This document shows positions 13,801-26,949 of a stretch of 38,513 nt of DNA, piece by piece. Position numbers and translations under genes: made by a program. The stretch is from Catajapyx aquilonaris (taxonomy: Eukaryota), in contig JYFJ02003774.1 of assembly GCA_000934665.2 (NCBI GenBank), positions 1-38,513 on the forward strand. The letters run 5' to 3'. The notes below the pieces were generated by a model. It saw only the letters and a program-made list of their open reading frames with translations. It was not told the DNA's origin and did not search any database. Each line of letters starts with the position of its first letter. Within the stretch, counting starts at the first letter, position 1.

Positions 13801-14651
13801 GGACTCTGCAATAATGATAATGAGCGCAACTTTCCCATTATAAACCAGCCACCTATAGCCTGCCATTATACCCACACTTCAGGTAATGAGTCTTACCAGC
13901 TTTACAGAATATTCTTCGGGATTTTCTGTGGTGTACTCTGCCAGCTGTCAAAATGATGAGAACATGCCTGTAGGTAATGTGCAGACTGCGAAGGTCCGCT
14001 GGAGGATATGTTGAGGTATTAAGAAGAGACCTTTCCGATCTGTCACGTTCGAAAGATATCTGAATGGAGGCCGTGGAAATTGGGCTCCGCTCTCACGTCT
14101 TCGGCGGCTATCCCCCACCCATCTTCTCTCTGCTCGTTCTTACGTGAAACGCCTGTAATAGGTGGGAGAGGTGAAGAGCAGAAACGCCTTCTTACATAAT
14201 TTAAGAGGCGCATTCCTGAGAGGGACTTTGAGGGAAGTAGGACCGGCCAACTCTTGTTCCTGCACCGCTCTCATTATCGCACTCCCTCAACACACTCCTG
14301 GTTATACATTATTTAACAGCTGTACTATGTTGTAGGTTATTGATTTATTTAATTTCCATTGGTCGTTTTACGGCGCAGGTGTCGTCCAAATTGTGATAAG
14401 CGCCCTATTCTGCCGATTGCTTTGCTTTTGCACTTGATGTGAATTTGCCTAACAATGTCAGCCACTCGATTATGAGTAGCAAAGTGAGAGCTCAGATAAC
14501 ACACCGATAAGATTGCCCTGATATTTACCTTCTACTTCACATTTTCGCCGATTGTCCGACCTGTACCAGGCAATGTAGCCTATTATTATATTAGTTGTGA
14601 CAAATGTACGTATACATAAACAACCTGGAGAAAGGAAAAGGTAGGCCTACG

Positions 14652-14678
14652 ATATATATATATATATATATATATATA
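14652..14678. repeat. (AT)n microsatellite
   Basis: Direct reading. Confidence 0.95.
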
Positions 14679-15410
14679 GGAAGTGACGGAAACTAATCGG
14701 TCATACTCGAGGGTATCTCGAGGTCTAAATGGCGTCAAGGGAACAGCTAGCAGCCGGTAAGACTCCCAGGTTTCTCTTTCCGTCCTCATCAATATATTGG
14801 TTCTATACGTCGATACCTCAACCAGAAATATCAGGCAGCGATGACCCGCCGCCTTACCTTAATCCCACTCCAACGCAGACGAGATAAGGCACTCGCAACG
14901 GTGCCTCGGGAATCCTATGCAAAACATGACAAGCCTGCGCATCCGTCACTAGTTACCACGGTTGGATGGCATAATGAGGCTGGTTGATCTGTACGTCTGG
15001 CCCAAACCACATGTTTTTCTGGCCTTCCCCGCACGGGGAAGTCGAGCATATCATATCACAGGTGCTCGTGCAGTCTAATTCAGGTGGCATTATGGGACTA
15101 CCTGGATGATACAAAAAAAAACTCAATTGTAAGTTGGAATGCGAACCTGAAGCTTTTGCTTCATTGATGCAACCGCTACTGAGTAAGGAGGGTAGTTATT
15201 ATTATTGTTGTTGTTATTTTGCCCATCATGTGAAACTCAAATCCCAAGCACATAAAGGAGAAACTTTTTGTCTGTGAATTAGAAGCTTGTGCACTTGGCT
15301 CTCTATGCCTCCCTCCCTCTTTCGGGGCTGGGGGAGAGAGGTTGTCACTTCAAAGAGCGCGCTTCCCGAGTTTCTAGACTTCACAAGCTGGAATATACAG
15401 TATAGATGTA

Positions 15411-16505
15411 CAGGGGTTGGACAAAATAACGGGGGGCCCTGCAAAAAGCGAGTGAATTTTCTCCTCCATAGTACTCGAAAACTTAATACGTTACAGAGAT
15501 GACTTTTACTGATTTTTGAAGCTCTATCGATATACATTTACAGACATGAAGCTGACACAAAAATCACAAGAGGAGGGGGAGAAACAAAAGACTAACGGCA
15601 CCCTCCCCCCCCCAGACCCCATTTTTGACCAGTGTCCCACCCTTTTCATTTGAAAAAGTTACAGATATGAATTTTACTGGATTTTGAAGCTCTATCGATG
15701 GCACTTTGTTTGGTATATAGATTGACCAAAAGTACCAACAGCGGGCGCGGGGGGGGNGGGGGGATAGAAATCTCACCCCCATTCCCCAGCAGCCAGCACT
15801 GCTTGAATGCAAACAATGGAAAATTTTCGTCCCACTGCCTTAGTTAATGCTAACTTAGCAGTACCAGTGCCAAGTATGGTACTGATAAGTTAGTAGTATC
15901 TAGCAGTGGGACGAAAATTCGACCCAAACTTACTATATACATTATTTTGTCCAACCTCTTCTCAGATTTAGTGCCGGGGAAGGGGGGTGAGGTTTCAATT
16001 TTTTTCTCCGCACCCTGACGGTAATTTAGGTCCATATCTCCACCAAACAAAGTGACATCGATAGAGCTTAAAATCCAGTAAAGTTCATATCTGTAACTAT
16101 TTTCATTTCCAAATGAAAAGGGTGGGACACACTGGTCAAAAATGGGTGGTGGGGGGTGGGGGGTCGTTAGTCTTTTGTTTCTCCCCCGCCTCCTGGGATT
16201 TTTGTGTCATCTTCGTCATGTCCGTAAATGTACATGGACAGAGCCCCAAGCAGTTTGGAGGAGGGGATATGGTGTCCGACTGCTAATCGGGAAGTCCTGG
16301 GATCAAATCCCGGGGCCGGCAACTCTGACCGTGGTTTTCTGTGGTTTCCCACGGTCCTTCCAGGAAAATTCCGGAGTTGCTTCCGTAATGCCGCTTCCTT
16401 CCGTCCCTATCCTATCCCAAAGAGCACAGTAAAATGAAAAGCAAAGAGTTCCAGGGAAAAACAAACTTCCCCCCTAAAGAGCCGATGGCTGATAACGGGG
16501 TATGA

Positions 16506-16573
<68 letters not shown>

Positions 16574-16741
16574 CATCATCATCATCATCATCATCATCAT
16601 TATTATCATTATTATTATTACATGGACAGAGCTTCAATAATCAGTAAAAGCCATCTCTGTAACTTATTAAGTTTTCCAGTACAATGGAGGAGAAAAGTCA
16701 CCTGCTTTTTGCAGGGGGCCCGTTATTTTGTCCAACCCCTG
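15411..16741. mobile_element. Non-autonomous Tc1/mariner-type foldback MITE with long inverted arms, interrupted by a SINE
   Basis: TA|CAGGGGTTGGACAAAATAACGGG ... CCCGTTATTTTGTCCAACCCCTG|TA. Left arm ~15411-15790 is complementary to ~15972-16244 plus 16633-16741. No transposase ORF. Confidence 0.85.
16245..16618 (+). mobile_element. tRNA-derived SINE with (ATT)n/(ATC)n tail, inserted in the MITE
   Basis: 14-bp TSD TACATGGACAGAGC at 16231-16244 and 16619-16632. B-box-like GGGATCAAATCCC; central GTGGTTTTCTGTGGTTTCCC..CCAGGAAAATTCCGG segment of the kind seen in arthropod SINEs; trinucleotide tail 16506-16618. Confidence 0.85.
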
Positions 16742-17455
16742 TATATTCAGACTTTTTTGCCAGACGCCAGCAACTTGCTGTGCGCGTTTGTGCATGTGTT
16801 GAGCATCAACTCACAGAGTTTCAAAATGTTAAAATTTTCTGCCCAATATACGAGCTATCATTCAGCGAATAGCTGAAAGAGTTTGACGTTTCTGCGTGCC
16901 TCAAGATGCACGAAATGTATGCATATTTACATGTAGTTCGTAGCGGGAAGTCTGCCGCGCCAATGGCGGGTTACCGTTGTTACTGCTGCATTGCTTTGAG
17001 ACAAAGTGGATTTGTCCGTGTCCAGCCGCTTTTAATGGCAACGTCCGATTTTTTTCCCCGCTCTCTCTATTTTCCGTGCAGGAAAACTCTGCTTCTATGT
17101 AATGTTCCTCCCATTTGCGTGCTCCAGAAGTCATTTCATGGCCCTCGAAAGTTCTTGGAACTGCCATCCGTGTTATATTCCTTTAAAGAGTAATAAAAAA
17201 AAGTCTTTTAATTGTACAAAGCGTGCAATTTTGGTAGATTGCGGGCAACGGCTCTATTTTGTGAGTTTGCATTATCTGACGCATTATTCCATTATCTGAC
17301 GCCTGGGTCGCAATGAGGCAGCCCGCTTGGTCGGCTTGTGCTCTAGCCGCCGCGCCGACTAAGATATTATATTTTTTCCCTCTTCAGGACGCATAATCCG
17401 CTTTTGTTCTCATGAAGCCTGTCACGTCGAAAGTAGTTTATTGCTGTAGTCGGTT

Positions 17456-17466
17456 TATTATCATCA

Positions 17467-17538
<72 letters not shown>
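17456..17538. repeat. (ATC)/(ATT)n microsatellite, possibly a retroposon tail
   Basis: Direct reading; same units as the SINE tail at 16506. Confidence 0.9.
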
Positions 17539-19143
17539 GTGTGCGTACATGTTTTGATACATAAGAGCATGTCTGGCGAGTTGAATCGGAAGCCAGGTTG
17601 ACAAGCCATTTCAGAATGGTGGCAGGAATGCAATTAATGAGTTATTGCGTCCTCCATGCAGTGAATAGCCAACCGCTTTTCAAAATTGTCGAACTTGAGC
17701 ATTTAAAAATCAGTACATTTAGCAGACCAAAAACCGCATGAATGAGGGGAGTGTTTTGCAAATAGGTGAAAGTGCATATAGTTGGACGCCTAGGGTGTCG
17801 GCGAGGGAAGGTTGGTGACGTCAAAGAGCAGGGGCTATGAAGCGGCTTGAATGGCTGTCGGCATTTAGGTTGGAAACATTCTGAAAGCGGAAGGAATGAA
17901 AAGTGTCGCATTTGCAGCAAATGGGTCCCAAGGTGGACATGTGTACCAAATATCCAGGAAATGATGCCCGCCGCTTATCGCTGGGATATGTATGCGATGG
18001 GTTTGCTGCGATTCAAGGCGGCTGTCACAGAGAACTAACCTGCAGTTAGGAAATATATATATATAAATAATAATAAAAATAGAGAGATCCCTTTGCAGGG
18101 ATTAGGTGAATATTGACTCGTGTGTCGAGCGGGTGCTGCCGCCAAATCATTTTGGGAACGGAGTTCAGGCTGGATAGTCAATATTTGCATTTCATTAGAA
18201 GCTTGATCAGCCAGTACTGAAGGTGGAAGTTCCGATGATAGACTGGAGTGTTCTTTTCCTCGGACCTCAGTGTCACATTGTGTTTATTTATTCGGCGCAC
18301 ATTTTGGGTGTAAAACGTCGTTGGTGCGGCGTTATTTTGAGCCTGTTACTGTATTGTTTTATGGAGCGTAAAAATAGCGTGATTTTGAATTTCATGAAAT
18401 CACGCATCAGATGCAGTGATAATGTCCGTTGTTTGGGGGGAGGGCAAGAGGAATGGGAGAATACGGCTCGATACTAAATCTTAAGCGTGTCCAGTTTAAT
18501 CAAGCCGTCAAGGGGGTGAAGTAAAATTTTATACAAGTACCTGCCGTTTATCAGTGTCGGGTCTGGCTAAAATTATCGCCGAGTTTGGGGAACTGTAACG
18601 TCCTTTTTATGATACTATTCCAAGGATGCTTGGAATTGTTTCCAGCTCCGCCCCGAACGTGCTTTCATCTTTCCAATAACTTCAAAGTCGGGGCTGGAAA
18701 GATTTAGAACATATTCATTACACCCGTTGAAATGTACGAGGGGTTATCTTTCACGAATTTGAATGGTGATCAAAACCAGGCTGTATTCAAAAGGCAGATG
18801 TATATAGGTTTGGACCTGGTTTTTTTGAGTGGCAGGATGTAGCTGAATCTGGATTTAGTGTGAAAATGCATGTTTCAGGTCGCACTGTATGGATGCTTTG
18901 AACAATTTTCTGAGCGGATAGCTATAGGATCAATCGCTGCTGCCAGCCATGAACTTGGATTTCGCAGACGTGGAAATATTATGCATTATACAAAAACTTG
19001 TTATGATAGGTATTTCTCATGCCAAGTCTTGTGTCAATGCATTTGAAGGGATAGGTGAGAGTGTGGAGATTAGTGTAGGCTATGTGCACATGCACTTGTG
19101 TGTTATGAATCTTACTCATTGGTTCCTTTCTCTCTTCTTTCAG

Positions 19144-19197
19144 CAATTTGGCCCTATTTTAGACGTCGAGATTATTTTCAACGAGCGCGGCTCTAAG
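19144..19197 (+). CDS. Rbfox1: RBFOX RRM exon, 54 nt, phase 0-0
   Basis: Strong acceptor (ttcctttctctcttctttcag) and donor gtaagt at 19198. Encodes QFGPILDVEIIFNERGSK, matching the 54-nt exon of RBFOX genes. Confidence 0.97.
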
Positions 19198-21979
19198 GTA
19201 AGTAATTTTCTCATTCGTTAATGATACAATTCATAATTAAATAAGTAAACGAGTCTGGGCTTTATCATAGAAGCAAAAGAACACATACTTTCTGTGTGTG
19301 AAAATTCTAGATGATTGTGTTTTCACGTCAGCAGGTAAATTCCTCCCACCCACTTAACTGTAACTGTATGTAACTTTGATTGTACAGAAGCATTTTGCTA
19401 CTGTGTTCTGAGACAAACAGAAGTAAACACGAGAGTTGAAAACCATAATTGTGCCAGTTGTGAACCTCTCTCCGGCGAGGAAAACATATAGTTAGTAGGC
19501 TGTCCTCGAGTGCACTAGATGTCAAAATATATCTGGATTAGTATATTGAACCAGCGATAAAGCAGCAGGTCCTGCGGGGGTTATCAAAAATGCTGGGAGT
19601 GTAAAGGGGATTTTGTTGACACAGAGCTAGAAACAGAAGGCCCCAGTCCGGATTTGAGGGTTAGGTATAGGAAGAGGAAAAGCTCCAGAGAAAAGGAGGA
19701 CACGTATATTATGCACCATCAGGCCTCTCCTTGGCTACTGCTATTTATTTATCTGATGCAGTAGAGAGGCTAGGGAAGTGCGCAAGCAGCCCTCTCCTGC
19801 ACCCTTGTCTGCACCCTCCCAACTTTGCAACGCTTTCCGCCGGGTCTATACTGTAGTTGAGTGGGTTGCTGTACATTATGGTGTAGAAAGCGGCTGGAGA
19901 TGGGCGAAAGGGACCTTGGAGGGTACTAGACTAATCTAGGCATGGCGAATGGGGGCTAACACTATTGGGATCATTGACTTGGTTGGTCAGGCTAGGTCCA
20001 AGTTGACTACAATCATTTTTTGTTCGAATGAATAAACGTAGAGGGAAATTGTGAAGGGTGGTTTGTGGCGGGGGGAATCTCTTGTTCTGTGGTAATGGAT
20101 GGGGCAATTGTGGCGCAGGAGCTGCAAGATGTATAAAAGAGCCCGGAAGAGTCCGGAGGGCAGGCATAAAAGAGGAGGGCTATACGGAAGCAATTTGGTG
20201 GAGGAGGCTCCTCCAGCGGATGCACGTTGTTGTTGTTGTTGTTTTGCCGGCTTGCTACCTTTCACCCCCTGCCACTCTCCCTATGAGCAATCATATTTTA
20301 AAAGGCCTTTCAAAATTGAATTAAAGCAATTTGGAACTTGACCCGCGCTTCAAAACCCATGGTTTTTCAAACAATCAGTCGGCGGGGTTGTGGATGTGAC
20401 ATGTTGGGAGACCGACCGTTTCACAAACATGTCAGACTATTCTGCTTTGGAAACCGTGTAATTAAATTATGATGCGTGTCCCCCTTTTGCCTTCATCTGA
20501 CCGGTGACTGAAACTATATTGCACTCGGCAGTGATTGCCGCAGTTCGGCAGTTGTCATGTCAAAATAATGTATTGTCTTGCAGATTTCATGCCTAGCACC
20601 ATTCTAGGAGGTCATCTACTTGCATGACGTGACCTCCGCATGATCCCTTCTTCCTTGACCACGTACCTCCTCAGTGTAGGGGTTATTCAGGAGTTGTTGT
20701 CGCGAGAGTGGTTCATATTGGCTGTTTCTCGCTGCTGACGTGTCAAGGCACAACTTTTGAGTTGAAGTGGAGAGAGAATAAAAAAGAACAATGTACTAGA
20801 ATATTAGAAACCCATATTATACTTGCTGTAAGAGCTTTTTTCTGTCAAGTAGAGGGAACTCATGGTAGTGAAAGTGGCTTTCAGTGTTTATTTGTTTTTC
20901 TTCTGAACACAGCACTGAAACAATGACAATGTTAGTTGTTCACTGTTATTTCTTTTCCCGACAGCATAATGGCAGTGTCCAGGGAATCCCACTAACTTGT
21001 GTGATCAGGCTGTAGAAAAGCATGGGACTTTGGTTTGAGCTAGTGAACAACTGTTATTTTGAAAATTTTGTCTCTCTGGCACAGTACTGAGTTTCCAAGC
21101 ATTTTGATATTGTGGCTTTTATCACAGCTTTAGCTTTAGAGCAACAAAGGTCACTTCTCACAACATTTAGGTCATGGTGCATATTTGTGTATGTTAATAT
21201 TTTGAAAGAAGTGGCTAAAAATTGGTTTTTGTGGATTGTAGACAGTCCAGCTTTCCTGTTTTTCAGTCATGGTGTCTCACTGAGAATGAAACTCATGAGA
21301 GTTTGACATGGTAGCCAAGGCATTTGATAGTGCTGGCATGTCACCAGTTTGGCTTGGTCTTTTCGATAAAACCTTCTATTCACTACCAGGATCGTTGTTT
21401 CTAATACATTTCTCCCTCGTGTCTGTCTCGAGCCGAGGACATGCTGTTTCCACCGAAGCTGGGCAAATGTATACACACATCATGTGCATAATATACGGCA
21501 TACAAACATGACACACTCGTTTTGATTTGTACATACATGTATACGTACGTAACATTCCACGTCTTTATTGTCCCTTTTTTGGCCCCTGTAAACTGCCCAC
21601 CAAGTTGAGAGTAGTGCTAGTCCCTTTGGTGCCGTTGCAGTGAACGCTATTCGCGATCAACACTTTTTATCCTGTTGCTTTTGAGCCCGGCCAGCAGTCC
21701 AAAGAGAACAGCTTGATACCCCCTCTCCCCCTGCTCCTCTTCTTCAAAAGGCTAAACTGGTGTTTGCCATGACTGTCAGCTACCAGTGATAGTTTTAAAT
21801 CAAAGTGTTTGTGCTTTGGTCATTCCCTTCTATGGTTTAGTTCATTTGCCCACCTTCGGACTTAAAAATTCTTACCTGTGTAAAAGCAAATGACCATTTA
21901 TGACAATGTAGTCTTTTGTATGTGAAAGTTTTTTGGAATTTCACTGTATATGAATTTTTTTTTCTTGGTCCAATATGTT

Positions 21980-22173
<194 letters not shown>

Positions 22174-22346
22174 TGACCTGGAACGGAGATGTTAGACTTC
22201 TCTTCCTCAACCCTGTCTACTTTCCTCCCGGAACAAAACCTCCCACCACATTTGTTCAGCAAAGTAATGTCAAGCTAGTACCTACAAGCCTTGGAAGCCT
22301 CTCGAAGCTGGCTTGACTTAACCATTGTGGCAAGGAGGGAAAAAAT

Positions 22347-22351
22347 AATCA

Positions 22352-22387
<36 letters not shown>
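22347..22387. repeat. (AATC)n microsatellite
   Basis: Direct reading. Confidence 0.95.
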
Positions 22388-22388
<1 letters not shown>

Positions 22389-25300
22389 AAATGTAATAAA
22401 AACCAAAATTTTGACGCCACTGAAAATGGCCGGAGTAGTCACATGGATTGAACCAGCTTTGCCTCTTCACGAGCTGTGGACCATAATATTAGTCACAGAT
22501 TGGGGGACGGTCACCGGTGCGACCAAACGCGTGGTTTTCCTTAATTTCGTTATTTATTTTATTATTTGAAAAAAAGTGACCCAGCCACTGATCTGGCAAA
22601 GCTGACCCGTATGTCGTGGGTTCGATCCTCAACTCCTTTTTCTAGCAAAAAACCAAACGCAAATGTTACCTACAACTTTTTTCCCCCCACCCCGCTGTGT
22701 TCATGACATAACCTGCTCGTATCGCTGAGGGGCTGGCTATGATAACCAGTAGCACCTTCATGTACACCTACCGTAGTAACCGAGGTGGTTGGGCTGACCT
22801 GAATGGGGAAAACAGACAGACAAATTTTTGAATGACCTGCATTTTGTCCTGACATGCCGCCTGATGTGTCAAGTCTGTACTGTTGATCCTCTTGTTTGCT
22901 GGGCAACCGGTATCCACGGCCACAGCTCGAAGCCTCGCTCCAGGATTTCTTGCTGCTGAAGGGATACGTATTTCTGGTGCATGTTGCCCGGTTCAAGCAT
23001 TCATACGCGCAAACACACGTTTTTAGTAGTTGTGCGTTCTGCTTGCCAAATCATTCGTATCAAGATCAGGAGGCGGACTCATTTTTGGATGGAAAATTGA
23101 GCCAGAGAAGCATCATTGAAGCACGGAAACCGTTCTGAAGATTTTCCATCACATCACCAACATGGGAATTAAAAAGCTTGACAATGATTGGCATCGCAAA
23201 TAGGAGCACAACTTTGTAATCCTTTTTCCAAAAGAAGTAAGAAAAATTGACTTAAGCGGTTTCCAGTGTTACGGCGTTTGCTGTCACTCCCAGCCTTTGA
23301 TTACTCATGCAGTTTGTGAGAGCCGATGAAGCAGTTCGTGGACCTCCCGTTTTTTGTGCCTTTGACAAGTACGAAGGATACAATGTTCACGTTGGCTTTC
23401 ACGTCGACGCAACTTGGACAAGCTTTGGTCACTGCAGTAATAGAGATTTTCACGGCTACTGCATGTTAAGTGACGATTGTATGTACACCCACCCACACAC
23501 ACCCGCCCATGACAGAATCGTGGATAGATCAGAATAAGCCTGAAACGTACCGGCACGTATTTATAAATGCACAATTTTGATAACCACAGAACCACTGCAC
23601 GACACACCATCCTGCCGATAATATCGGTCAGACCATATAGGATCGGAAAAAGGCCTTAAGATCGCTTTGTGTTTTTAGCATATCCCCGCACACCAGAGTA
23701 CCTCCGCAGCGCTTTGGCTCACGGAGTACTGTAGATCACATCGGGTGTGGCCACGTATATTGAGACTGGTCGCCAATTGATTACGTGAGTTAGAGCGCCA
23801 ATTCAATCGCCATTGGCTGGCGACTGGAACTGGCCACCAGCGGGATATTTCAAATACCTCTATGGTAATATTGAGTTCGGCGCGGAGAAATTTTCCCACT
23901 TGGGAGAGTGTTCCCGACCCACTCGATGTCATTCACTGATTGGTCAAGATTATCAGTGACCAGATTAGTGGAGGTCCTGCGAGGAGCTCCCATTCTTAGG
24001 AGGTTTCCATGCTTCAATAATAAGTAAGCAATTCCAGCAGCAGCAGCTGAAATCCAAAGCGAGGCTGGAAAATGAGCACCACCTGGAATGACTTGAATGA
24101 TTGAATGCAGGCTCGCAACCAACAAGAGTATCCCTATAATATTTGCTGTGGCCGCTACGTAGCTTGTCCCTGTAAGTCTGGAGCCAAGGAGGAGTATTTT
24201 TACCGGTCCAATGGTTGCCTCATAACGCTCCTCTTTCTTGCTTGCTTATTTGTATTGTATCGGCTTCGTACGTTTGACATTATTTTGCTGACTTTTCCTA
24301 CATTTCTCCATGTGTTTAGGTCACGTAAAACAACAAGAATGGCCGAGCAGGAAATATGACGCACTTTCTTTTTAGTTGCCGGCGCTTATTAGTTTCGCCA
24401 TTTACCTAATGAAAGAAAGGTCATGGGGCCTGGCCATTCTTCTTACCAGTGGTGTAACACATCATTCCAATATGTTATTCTACTTTACTCCTCTAGACGG
24501 CCAAGTGCCTATGAAAGTGCTCTCAAAATGTTAAACCCAGGGCGAGATAAGAGGTAAGATATGGTATGGACGTAAGTCGTTTCTAGCTGCACTAACCAAA
24601 AAAAGAAAAAAAAAATCGAAAAAAATGCATCTCATCAGGTATTTTTTTTCTATTCTAGACTATTCTTATAGGGTCTATGCTGAATGCACCTTTCTTGTAT
24701 GTTCAACGGGAGTGCCGAGATGATCTGTTGGTGTTGTGTAAGTGAAGGAACGAATAGTCAGTCATTGTTGCACTAAAGGCGAGCAGAGTCGAGTCAGCAT
24801 TTGACTCGACTCTGCGTGGGTAGGGAGCATTAAGCGTGTCAACTGTGGTCGTATGCTGAGAAATGGTAAGTCGTAGTTGGAGCGTCAAGTGTCGAATGCT
24901 TGAGTTGCCGCCAAGGTACGTTCTTGGTCTCGGGAGATGCTTCGAATTTGGTCAGGCACTGCGTTGACCGGTGAAAATAGCCGCCAGCAGCCATTTTGTC
25001 GCGGAGAATTCGCTGTCATGCAAAGTAGCTTCTTCATGTTTCCACTGGTATTGCTTGACCCACTCAATCTGCTGCAGAGGCAGTCCCCGCAGCTCGACTG
25101 CAGCTATCGTTTTCCAAATTTAAACCAGCAGACATGGCCCGTCTCCAACTGTTGCCGTTTTCCAAAATAGCTTCCGCATGGCTTCCCAGACAGCACAAGA
25201 GCCACCCTTAATAAACCGTGTCTCGTAGCCTTTTCACCCTCGTTTCAAAGTCTAGAAATGTTCGGCAGGCACGTACGCGCGGCGTTCCCTTCAACTAAAT

Positions 25301-26229
25301 GGATGTCATGCCGCGTAAAGATGGAAGTGAAACAATCAGTAGCATGCGTTTAACTAACCGGTTTTATTCCTACACATTTCAGGGCTACCAAGCCACAAAA
25401 GTCGCCACGATTTGAGTGTTTGTCTTTCCTCAGACTCGGGTTTATTTATTTATTTATTTATTTATAATGACCGTGCGTCGTCTTTCGAAATGTGGGTCCC
25501 TTCACGTACACGGACGGAAAAGCATTGTTGTTGGAAGTTCGATGTGAGTTTCATGGAACTATAGTTAGGCCAGCTGAAAGGAAACATTAAGGAGACAACT
25601 GGGGCGAACATGTACTCCCGGAGTTATGGGACGAAAGAAATATTAGGGCCTAGATTGCTTGTTGAAAAGTCGGTGCTTAAGGCGGTATAGCTGGTACTGT
25701 ACCTGCGTAGTTAAACATTGGGAAGTGGCTTTTGCAGCACCTCCCTAGGTTTTGCGGGCCCATATACTGTGTCTTTTGCTTCTGGCGGGTAGAAGTTTTG
25801 CAGGGCGCCTGAAGGCTTGTTCGATGGAGCTATAGGAAGTTGGGAACGAGGTTGGTGTGTATGAACGCCGCTGGACGTAGTCAGGGTTGGGTCTCTTTGG
25901 CCCAGATTGTTCGGAACTCGGCTCTTAAGTGCCTCGTCTTTGTTATTAGTGGGCCTTACTTTCGTGATAAATAAGTGACCTGACACAGGTCAATTGGTTA
26001 TTCCAGTGTCTGCTCAGACTGCAGCCTCCTCATTAAAACCACAACAAGAATGCAATCTGAAGCTTGGGAGTTGTCTGCATTGTTTTTGTCACAAATCTAA
26101 AACCTTGAAACAGTGCTGAGCTTAGAGCCAATGATGCTTGACGTAAGTTACACTCATTGAGCTCTGAAGCACTCGGAGAAGTGCATGGCAGTTTGGAAAT
26201 CATGAAATAGTTAAATTTGCTGTGTAAGG

Positions 26230-26840
26230 GGTACATCACAGCTGATGTTGAGTTGGAAGTTAGTGCACAAAGGAAGTGCCATTGCTGTCATCACAGTAAT
26301 GACACTTTCAAATGAATTTTAAATATCACATGAGATCAAATAATATGAATGTATTAGTGAGGCTGCTGGTGGCCAAAATTGCGTTATCGTATAGTTGTTG
26401 TTGCGGTGCCTGCTTTAGGAGTTCCATCTGAGCTTTGCCTTCATTAGTGACTGGAAGTTCATAGTTTCAGGTTAGTTTCCCTTAGGGGAGAGTAACTTAA
26501 AAGCTGCGCCTTTTGAGGTAGAGCTCAAGGGGTGAAGGCTGGTGTGCCTTGGTGCTCGGACAAATTCATGTAAGTACTCGGGAGACATGCCAAAGTCGAG
26601 ATGCCCCAGCGCAGTAAAAGCTGCTGATGTGTAAATTATTTCAAAAAGGCCTTGAGCCTTATCCTACATTAGGTAAAACTTCTGGATGGGGCATTCAGCT
26701 TCAGGTGTGTCTTCTTAAAAGTGCAACAATGTCGTGACGAAGTATACTATACCTAATGTTCCTTCTTTTCCGAGCTTGTAACCAAATGTTTGGAAGAAGA
26801 ACTTGCAACAGTAAGAAGCAATAACTTTTTGAGAGAGTGA
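26230..26840 (+). pseudogene. Decayed CR1/L2-like LINE RT and thumb relic
   Basis: In order: HKGSAIA (PQGSVLG), VRLLVAKIALSY (.RLFADD...Y), SCKYSGD (YKYLGV), ALSYIR*NF (LGFIRRNF), CLEEELA. Multiple stops. Confidence 0.35.
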
Positions 26841-26949
26841 ATATGGAACTTGTCCCATTTCACACTCTTAGTAGTGAAACTGCACAAGAGCAGTAACTGC
26901 ATATTTAAGAAATTACTTGAAACCAAATAAATCCAAGTATTTAACAGTA

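Noticed and set aside
16407..16876. Poly-N/D, poly-I/M and poly-Y/H ORFs
   Set aside because: Translations of the (ATT)n/(ATC)n SINE tail and MITE arm.
22425..22640. Two opposed B-box-like motifs (GGATTGAACC and GGGTTCGATCC)
   Set aside because: No cloverleaf or clear A box can be built; at most very old SINE debris.
24132..24673. CCCTATAA ... TTATAGGG as transposon termini
   Set aside because: Only 8 bp match and there is no TSD.
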